A stretch of 64,000 bases of DNA from Methylococcales bacterium. Lineage in GTDB: Bacteria > Pseudomonadota > Gammaproteobacteria > Methylococcales > Methylomonadaceae. Positions 57,845-64,000 of this stretch are shown piece by piece. Under the pieces are notes generated by a model, which saw only the letters and a program-made list of their open reading frames with translations, was not told where the DNA came from and did not search any database. Both the position numbers and the translations under genes were made by a program. Numbering within the stretch: the first letter of the stretch is position 1; every line of letters begins with the position of its first letter. The stretch covers positions 1,197 to 65,196 of the forward strand of contig JBAXNR010000011.1 in the NCBI GenBank assembly GCA_037133675.1, in the 5' to 3' direction.

Positions 57845-59173
57845 ATGACAACCCTCAATTTACAAGACGTACAAGGCATCGTGTTTAGTGGTTATAACAA
57901 ATACATGAGCTGTTCCAGTTATTATTTGCTGCAAATCAATGATGCAAAAAAAACCAAAGCATGGTTAAAAAACCTGCTTGCTCAAGGTCAAATCACTCAC
58001 GGCGAAGATAAAGCCACCGACAGCACAGAAAATCGCTTGAACTTAGCGATTAGCTATTCAGGGCTGGAAAAACTACAACTCGATGAAGCCAGCTTGAACA
58101 GTTTTGAACGCTCTTATCGTGAAGGAATGTACTCGGCACACCGCTCAACGCTATTAGGCGATCAAGATGATGATGCCCCTGAACAATGGCTATGGGGCAA
58201 TAAGACCAATAGCGTGGACGTGTTAGTGCTATTATTTTCTAAGGATGCCAGCATTCATGCTGCCAGTCAGAAACAACACCAAGCCGCTTTTAAAAAGGCA
58301 GGGCTTAGCATCGTTTGGCATTTGGACGCTGGTGAAAAAAGACAAGATGCTGACGGTTTTGCCGTAGAACATTTTGGTTTTGCCGATGGTATTTCTGATC
58401 CGATCGTAGAAGGTTTTCCAACTGCTAGTGGCGCAGCAGCAATAGCAACGGGGGAATTTTTATTAGGTTATCCCAATCAATATGACGGTAAATTAACCCA
58501 AATCCCAATCAGTGAACAGTTTGGTACTAACGGGACTTACCTAGTATTGCGCCAGTTAAAACAAGATGTTGCCGCGTTTTGGACATTCATGGATGAAGAA
58601 GCGGCACGACAAGGTATTACTGCCGATTATCTCGCTGCTAAAATGGTTGGACGTTGGCAAAGTGGCACGTTAGTAGAACCTAATCAAGACACCGATCCTA
58701 AAACTGTCAGTAACGACTTTGATTTCAGCAAAGACCCTGACGGTAAAGGTTGCCCGTTCGGCGCACATATTCGTAGAGCCAATCCAAGAGCAGTTGGACT
58801 AGGCACTAGCGATGCGGAATCACTGACCGTAGCCAATCGTCATCGTCTGTTGCGCCGTGGTCGTAGTTACGGCAAGGCACTGGAAAATCCCAGAAGCGAT
58901 GACGGTCAAGAACGCGGCTTAGTATTCATCTGCCTAAACGCCAACATCGAACGACAATTTGAATTTGTGCAACACACTTGGATAAACAACGTCAAATTTG
59001 CAGGTTTATATGATGAAGACGATCCATTAATTGGTCGTGTCGGCAATTTCACCATCCCAGATGAACCGCTACGGCGACGAGTATGCGGTTTTCAACAATT
59101 CGTTTCTACACGAGGCGGTGGTTATTTCTTTTTACCTAGTCTTAGCGCGTTGGGGATATTGAGCAATTCTTAA
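57845..59173 (+). CDS. Dye-decolorizing (DyP-type) peroxidase
   Basis: Contains LQDVQGIV, HFGFADGISDP (GxxDG), GAHIRRANPR (proximal His region), RRGRSYG and ERQFEFVQHTW. ATG 57845 has better RBS spacing than TTG 57839. Confidence 0.85.
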   Translation: MTTLNLQDVQGIVFSGYNKYMSCSSYYLLQINDAKKTKAWLKNLLAQGQITHGEDKATDSTENRLNLAISYSGLEKLQLDEASLNSFERSYREGMYSAHRSTLLGDQDDDAPEQWLWGNKTNSVDVLVLLFSKDASIHAASQKQHQAAFKKAGLSIVWHLDAGEKRQDADGFAVEHFGFADGISDPIVEGFPTASGAAAIATGEFLLGYPNQYDGKLTQIPISEQFGTNGTYLVLRQLKQDVAAFWTFMDEEAARQGITADYLAAKMVGRWQSGTLVEPNQDTDPKTVSNDFDFSKDPDGKGCPFGAHIRRANPRAVGLGTSDAESLTVANRHRLLRRGRSYGKALENPRSDDGQERGLVFICLNANIERQFEFVQHTWINNVKFAGLYDEDDPLIGRVGNFTIPDEPLRRRVCGFQQFVSTRGGGYFFLPSLSALGILSNS

Positions 59174-59237
59174 GCGTGATCCCAAGTTCTTGAGACAGTT
59201 CAAAAATTGATTATTGGAGTCCAAACTATTTCGCTAT

Positions 59238-59323
59238 GTAGGGTGGGCAAACAGCTCTATCGTTCGCCCACGCTGAATTGACATAAACTGGTGGGCAAGT
59301 AAAAAGACACTTGCCCACCCTAC
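59238..59323. repeat. Composite REP/MITE-like element with nested inverted repeats
   Basis: Outer arms GTAGGGTGGG (59238..59247) and CCCACCCTAC (59314..59323). Inner hairpins are GTGGGCAAAC...CGTTCGCCCAC and GTGGGCAAGT-8 nt-ACTTGCCCAC. Confidence 0.8.
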
Positions 59324-59332
59324 CTAACTTCC

Positions 59333-59491
59333 TTGGCTGTTGTCTTGTCCGCACTCACTACTTTATTAGCCTTTGGCTTGTTGGCGATTAGTTCAACTGA
59401 AATCGTCCACGCATTTGGTTTTACGGTAGCGGTAGGTATACTAACCGCATTGTTAGGTGCGCCGTTGTTGGGTTTAACACGCAAAAGCTAA
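59333..59491 (+). pseudogene. 3'-terminal fragment of an RND/MMPL-type exporter gene
   Basis: The frame reads LAVVLSALTTLLAFGLLAISSTEIVHAFGFTVAVGILTALLGAPLLGLTRKS*. This resembles the last TM helices of MMPL/RND exporters. The upstream body is replaced by the REP element. Confidence 0.45.
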
Positions 59492-59523
59492 TGCTAAATA
59501 CTGGGCGTGATGGGGGGGGATGA

Positions 59524-62160
59524 ATGTTTGATAGCGATCAGTTTAGATACGAAATTGAAGCACTGTTAAAAGATGTGCCGCATGATAAATGTGTAGTGTT
59601 TGCAGTGCGCTCAGCAATGCGGGTGTTGCCACTATTATTAGCGGTTAGGCAAAACAAGGAGGCGTTTTGGTTTTGGAAAGCAGCAGATAGAAATAAGCAT
59701 TTACTGGCAGTATTAAGAGCTTATAGTTGTAGCATTGGATTTGTTTTAACTGGAAAATACGCCTCCGCCAAAGACACTAATGATGCTGCCGCAGCCAAGG
59801 CTAACACTAGCAACAGTGCCTACGCCTATTCCGCCAACTCCGCTGCCAACTCCGCTGCCTACGCCGTCGCCTACGCAGCCGCTTCCGCCTCCGTCTCTGC
59901 CAACACTTACACCTACACCTCCGATGCTGATGTTATACAAATAATGCAGATGGACTTAGCAACACTGAAAAAGATAACATCAAAAGATTTATTACAACAA
60001 CCGTTGTGGTCAAAAAATATGCCTGAAAAATGGCAGCAATGGCTAACTGATTTTAAAGCCGATGCCTTAAGCCTAAATGCGGGCTTTGAGGTATGGTTAG
60101 ATTGGTATGATGACAGATTACAAGGCAAGCCCATAGATGTTGAATTACTTAGACAATGGAATAACATTCCTAAAGAAATTCAAAATCAAGGCGCGGCGGA
60201 AGTTAATGCTTATCTCAAAAATCTGGTACAAAAAACTGCCGTACAACCGCTAAACCGTGTCCGCGCTATTTTCATCGGTTATGGTGAGTCTGGAAAAACC
60301 TCGTTAATCCGTGCCTTACACGATGAACCCGTCACGGAAGGTAAAGAAGCCATGACAGTTGGCATTGATATTCGTGATTGGTCTGTCCCTGATACCAATA
60401 TTAAAGCCCATTTTTGGGATTTTGGCGGTCAGGTGATGGCTCATGCTACCCATCAATTCTTTTTACGCTCTTCCTGTTTGTATGTGCTGGTGCTGAATGC
60501 GCGTAGTGAAATCGGTGGCACAGAACAATCCGAATATTGGCTGGAACACGTTAAAGGTTTCGGTAAAAACGCGCCTGTGATGATCGTCGGTAATAAAGCT
60601 GATCTAGCCAGCATTAATTTGGATATGAGTTATCTTAAAAGCAAATATGCCAATATCGTTGATTTTTATCCGATCTCTTGTACACAAGCAACGACACAAT
60701 TTAAAGCGAAGTTCGACAGTTTCAAACAGGACTTTTGCCAGCAATTACGCACCGTTGGCACTAATCAGATGCAATTCACCAAAGAACAATTTGGTGTATT
60801 AGAAGCATTGCGTCATTACTCGCCAAAAGCCGCTTTTTTATCGCACCAAAAATTTATCGATATTTGCGCTGAACATGGCATTGGCACGGAAGGCGTACAA
60901 AACAGAGACTGGCTACTGGATATTTTGGATAAATTAGGCGTGGTGATTTATTTCCCCCAACTAGCCTGTTTGGACGACTATGTATTAAATCCGCGTTGGT
61001 TGACTCATGGCGTTTATACCCTAATGTACAAACAACAGCCACGCTTAACCCTGCGTGATGCGGTTGCCATTTTGCGTGATAAACCAATTAGTGACGAACA
61101 AGGTAACAAACTGGATTATCCAATGGATAAATGCCGCTTTATCATGGATGCGATGCAGGAGTTCAAATTATGTTATTCGTTGCCGCATGACCGTAACACG
61201 TTAATTATTCCAGAATTATTACCCACCGATCAACCGCGTGATATTCCCTTTGAACAATTCAAACGTGGGGCGTTAGCGTTTGAATTTGTGTTTCGTGGCT
61301 TTTTACCACGTCATATCATGCCTGAACTAATCGTCAATCATCATGAAGAAATTGTGAAAGACGTTGTTTGGCAACGTGGCGTATTGTTAAGAAATAAAAG
61401 CTATCAATCGCTGGCTTTATTAAAAGTGGATTATCATGAGCGGGTATTATCGATTTGGGTAAAAAGCGGCGATGCTAGAGATTATCTCAGCCTGTTAAAT
61501 AATGAAGTATTGCAAATATTGGGGCGGTTGGAGCTGGATTATAAAGAGTGGATTGCGTTGCCATTATCAGCCTGTATCAGTGATAAAACGCTAATCAGAA
61601 GCGAAGAAAAAGCCTCTTATCGGCAGATTTTGGCTTTCGCTAGAAAAGGAGAGCAAGTATATATTTCTGAATCGGGTTTAGAATATGATTTAGGAAAAGT
61701 TTTAGGTGTTATTTTATCCAAGGATGAGCAAGTAAAAGCAGGGATTATTAATGTTTATGGTGATTATGTAGGGGATAAAAAAGTGAGTGATATAAAAATA
61801 GAAATTGGTGATAACGCCAGAATCAATGGCTCAGTCGTTGCCGCTGAAAAAATCGAAAATAGTTTTAATAATTTAAAAGAATCCAAAGCGGATGATGCGG
61901 TGAAAGCGTTGTTAGAACAGTTATTAACTGAAATCAAAACCTTAAATACCAAAGTACCCGCCGCACAAGCGCAAGCAGTAGAAAATATGGCAAAACGTGC
62001 TGATACCTTGGTGACTGAAAGCAAAAGCGCGACACCCGATAAAGAATGGTATCAACTCAGTTTTAAAGGGATTAAAGAAGCGGCTTTAGCCATAGGCGAT
62101 GCAGCTAAACCCGTGCTGGATATTGCTGAAAAACTCAGTCCGTTATTATTAGGCTTGTAA
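59524..62160 (+). CDS. Roc-COR (ROCO-type) small GTPase with uncharacterised N- and C-terminal domains
   Basis: 878 aa with G1 GYGESGKTS, G3 WDFGGQ and G4 GNKAD. A COR-like region follows (LDILDKLGVVIYFP...LNPRWLTHGVYTLM...IIPELLP). The N-terminal 240 aa include an A/S/N/Y low-complexity block. The C-terminal ~170 aa form a beta-rich then helical tail. No LRR, WD40 or TPR is present. Confidence 0.75.
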   Translation: MFDSDQFRYEIEALLKDVPHDKCVVFAVRSAMRVLPLLLAVRQNKEAFWFWKAADRNKHLLAVLRAYSCSIGFVLTGKYASAKDTNDAAAAKANTSNSAYAYSANSAANSAAYAVAYAAASASVSANTYTYTSDADVIQIMQMDLATLKKITSKDLLQQPLWSKNMPEKWQQWLTDFKADALSLNAGFEVWLDWYDDRLQGKPIDVELLRQWNNIPKEIQNQGAAEVNAYLKNLVQKTAVQPLNRVRAIFIGYGESGKTSLIRALHDEPVTEGKEAMTVGIDIRDWSVPDTNIKAHFWDFGGQVMAHATHQFFLRSSCLYVLVLNARSEIGGTEQSEYWLEHVKGFGKNAPVMIVGNKADLASINLDMSYLKSKYANIVDFYPISCTQATTQFKAKFDSFKQDFCQQLRTVGTNQMQFTKEQFGVLEALRHYSPKAAFLSHQKFIDICAEHGIGTEGVQNRDWLLDILDKLGVVIYFPQLACLDDYVLNPRWLTHGVYTLMYKQQPRLTLRDAVAILRDKPISDEQGNKLDYPMDKCRFIMDAMQEFKLCYSLPHDRNTLIIPELLPTDQPRDIPFEQFKRGALAFEFVFRGFLPRHIMPELIVNHHEEIVKDVVWQRGVLLRNKSYQSLALLKVDYHERVLSIWVKSGDARDYLSLLNNEVLQILGRLELDYKEWIALPLSACISDKTLIRSEEKASYRQILAFARKGEQVYISESGLEYDLGKVLGVILSKDEQVKAGIINVYGDYVGDKKVSDIKIEIGDNARINGSVVAAEKIENSFNNLKESKADDAVKALLEQLLTEIKTLNTKVPAAQAQAVENMAKRADTLVTESKSATPDKEWYQLSFKGIKEAALAIGDAAKPVLDIAEKLSPLLLGL

Positions 62161-62192
62161 ACTTGCTGTCTGTATTTAATTGAGGAGTGACT

Positions 62193-62327
62193 ATGGATAT
62201 TGAAACTGTATTTAAATTACTGGCTATTATACTTTGGCCATTCTTACTGGTATTTTTATACTATCTACTTGACAGAAAAGGTTTTAAAAAACAACTGGAA
62301 AAGTTTAAAAAAGAGGGTTGGTCTTAA
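62193..62327 (+). CDS. 44-aa single-TM peptide downstream of the Roc-COR gene (not in the ORF track)
   Basis: A GAGGAG RBS lies 6 nt before ATG 62193. The product is MDIETVFKLLAIILWPFLLVFLYYLLDRKGFKKQLEKFKKEGWS*, a hydrophobic helix followed by a Lys-rich tail. It starts 32 nt after the GTPase stop. Confidence 0.45.
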   Translation: MDIETVFKLLAIILWPFLLVFLYYLLDRKGFKKQLEKFKKEGWS

Positions 62328-62596
62328 ATGAACCTTTAAACGCATCAAGCGGATTTGTCAGATGCCAAAGCCGCTTGGTGGGTTTGTAAGCACATCACTT
62401 TTTCATATCGAGCTGCAACACATTTTGACAAGCACTATTTGTCGGAAACACCTATTTTTTCTCACGCCTAAACAGGCTTATTCCGACCTACATGGCTAGC
62501 AAAATAATCGACGTATTATCCCGAATAAACACGGCTACATTTTTCATACAGTAAATGGGTTAAAATGCTCCTCATTTTTTCAGCCATTATTTCCTT

Positions 62597-62827
62597 ATGA
62601 TTAAAGAAACTCTCAATGCACGGCGATTATTATGCCCGCTGCCCGTCATTCGCACTCAAGATAAAGTTAAACAACTGCAAGTTGGCGATCAGTTGGAAGT
62701 GATTTGCACCGACCCTGGTGTCATGCAGGATATTCCAACATGGTGTCGTATTAATGGACATAAAGTGTTGGAAACCATGACTGGCGATCATGAATATATT
62801 ATTCTCCTTGAAGTAGGCGCGGGTTAA
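62597..62827 (+). CDS. tusA: TusA/SirA-family sulfurtransferase-like protein
   Basis: 76 aa with the active-site motif RRLLCPLPVIRT (CPxP). Confidence 0.85.
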   Translation: MIKETLNARRLLCPLPVIRTQDKVKQLQVGDQLEVICTDPGVMQDIPTWCRINGHKVLETMTGDHEYIILLEVGAG

Positions 62828-63972
62828 TGGCTGAAATTTCTGAGATTGAACGCGACCGAAAATTAAAAGCTAAAGCAAGTTATGTCGGTGCGGCGATTAA
62901 TATATCGCAAACTTTGCTTAAAATTGGCTTCGGGATGTTATGGCAATCATCGGCATTAATTGCTGACGGTATCCATTCCTTATCAGATTTACTGAGTGAT
63001 TTTCTGGTGATTGTTGCAGTACGCATGGGCAGTCGAGAAGCCGATCACGAGCATCCTTATGGACATCGACGTTTTGAAACCATCGCCACCATTATTTTAG
63101 GACTGAGCTTAATCATCATCGGCGGCGGTATTGCGTGGTCGGTGATGAAACGCATGGAACAACCTGAACATCTATCGACCCCCGATGTGATGAGTTTAGG
63201 CATCGTGGCTATTTCGATTTTAGTCAATGAATGGCTATACCATTACACTAAGCGTATTGCTAAAACCACCCGTTCTAAATTACTGTTAGCCAATGCGTGG
63301 CATCAACGCAGTGATGCGATTTCTTCGGTGGTGGTGTTATTCGGTATCGGTGCCGTGCTGTTAGGTTATCCACTTGCCGATGCAATTGCCGCGATTGTCG
63401 TTGCCTTGATGGTGGTTAAAATTGGTTTAAGCCAACTGATTGCCAGTATTAAAGAGTTGGTCGATACCTCATTACCGCCGCACTTACTCGCTGAAATTCG
63501 TGCCGCTATTTTGGCTATTGAAGGCGTAGAAGGCATACATTTACTGCGCTCACGACAAATGGGTGAAGATGCGTTATTGGATGCTCATGTCATTGTTGAC
63601 CCACGCATTACCGTTTCCGAAGGTCATAATATTGCTGAGGCAATACGCGATGAATTAGTCAGTCGCTTTGATGATGTTATGGATGTACTGGTTCATATTG
63701 ATGCTGAAAATGATGAAGGCAAGTTTGAGAAAACTACACCGCTTTATCGCCGTGACGTAAAAGCATTATTGGATAACTATCTTGCGGCGTTTAAATCTGA
63801 CATCATCGATTTTAAAATTCATTACTTAGAGGGACAAGTCGAAATCGAAGTGATTTTGCCGTTTTTCATGAGTGAACAAGCTGAACAAATCACCCAGCTA
63901 AAAGCACAATGTGAACAAATGAAATTAGACGTTGAAAAAATAGCTAAGGTATTGCTATTTTTTAAAATTTAA
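62827..63972 (+). CDS. Cation diffusion facilitator (CDF) family transporter with an extra C-terminal domain
   Basis: Contains HSLSDLLSD (TM2) and AWHQRSDAISS (TM5) metal-site motifs. The cytoplasmic domain is followed by an extra ~80 aa. The start overlaps the tusA stop (TAATG). Confidence 0.9.
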   Translation: MAEISEIERDRKLKAKASYVGAAINISQTLLKIGFGMLWQSSALIADGIHSLSDLLSDFLVIVAVRMGSREADHEHPYGHRRFETIATIILGLSLIIIGGGIAWSVMKRMEQPEHLSTPDVMSLGIVAISILVNEWLYHYTKRIAKTTRSKLLLANAWHQRSDAISSVVVLFGIGAVLLGYPLADAIAAIVVALMVVKIGLSQLIASIKELVDTSLPPHLLAEIRAAILAIEGVEGIHLLRSRQMGEDALLDAHVIVDPRITVSEGHNIAEAIRDELVSRFDDVMDVLVHIDAENDEGKFEKTTPLYRRDVKALLDNYLAAFKSDIIDFKIHYLEGQVEIEVILPFFMSEQAEQITQLKAQCEQMKLDVEKIAKVLLFFKI

Positions 63973-63985
63973 CAAAATACAAATT

Positions 63986-64000
63986 GTAGGATGGGTAGAG
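63986..64000. repeat. Start of another REP element (GTAGGATGGGTAGAG...), cut by the window edge
   Basis: It resembles the 5' arm of the GTAGGrTGGG-type elements seen at 59238. It is incomplete. Confidence 0.3.

Noticed and set aside
59746-59940. Gly-rich 64-aa minus-strand ORF
   Set aside because: It is the antisense reading of the Ala/Ser/Tyr repeat within the Roc-COR gene.
1-64000. tRNA, rRNA or tmRNA genes
   Set aside because: No T-arm/acceptor-like GGTTCGAATCC-type signatures or rRNA-like stretches were noticed in the intergenic regions. This was a visual scan only, so tRNAscan or Infernal should confirm it.

Overview
A 64-kb window from an AT-rich Gram-negative chromosome. By eye most lines are about 35-42% G+C. 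It is most consistent with a sulfur-oxidising gammaproteobacterium of the Thiotrichales/Beggiatoa type, because it carries dsrC/dsrH/tusA-like genes and at least five families of hairpin REP elements; this taxonomic call is tentative. I see no rRNA, tRNA or CRISPR array. Backbone genes include secA, fabI, cca, yajQ, feoABC, kup, a PiT phosphate transporter with its DUF47 partner, a P-type Ca-ATPase, an aminotransferase, an Mla/MCE-type ABC transporter, a CDF transporter and an exopolysaccharide export locus at the left edge. Several accessory or poorly understood modules are interspersed. (1) 44.5-46.9 kb: a translationally coupled trio of a coiled-coil protein, a MIDAS-type VWA protein and a shortened, active-site-diverged adenylosuccinate-synthetase-like enzyme. 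This is my best candidate for an undescribed system. (2) 59.5-62.3 kb: a Roc-COR (ROCO-type) GTPase with uncharacterised N- and C-terminal domains plus a 44-aa membrane peptide, bounded by a REP/MITE and a truncated transporter gene. (3) 26.2-28.8 kb: an orphan HerA-like ATPase packed tightly against sugE-dsrH-dsrC. (4) 31.1-39.3 kb: a nine-gene same-strand array of MoxR, DUF58, DUF4381, VWA and VWA/TPR (Bat-like), followed by a double cNMP-binding protein and three AIM24 paralogues. (5) 3.3-8.7 kb: a stand-alone operon of an O-methyltransferase plus three NuoL/M/N-like antiporter subunits. (6) An SNF2 helicase + SWIM protein pair. (7) A DyP peroxidase with a membrane-anchored DyP-like partner. 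(8) 12.9-17.5 kb: a higher-G+C three-gene spermidine-pathway island next to a transposase remnant. All functional calls rest on motif recognition in the supplied translations. No database search was possible.
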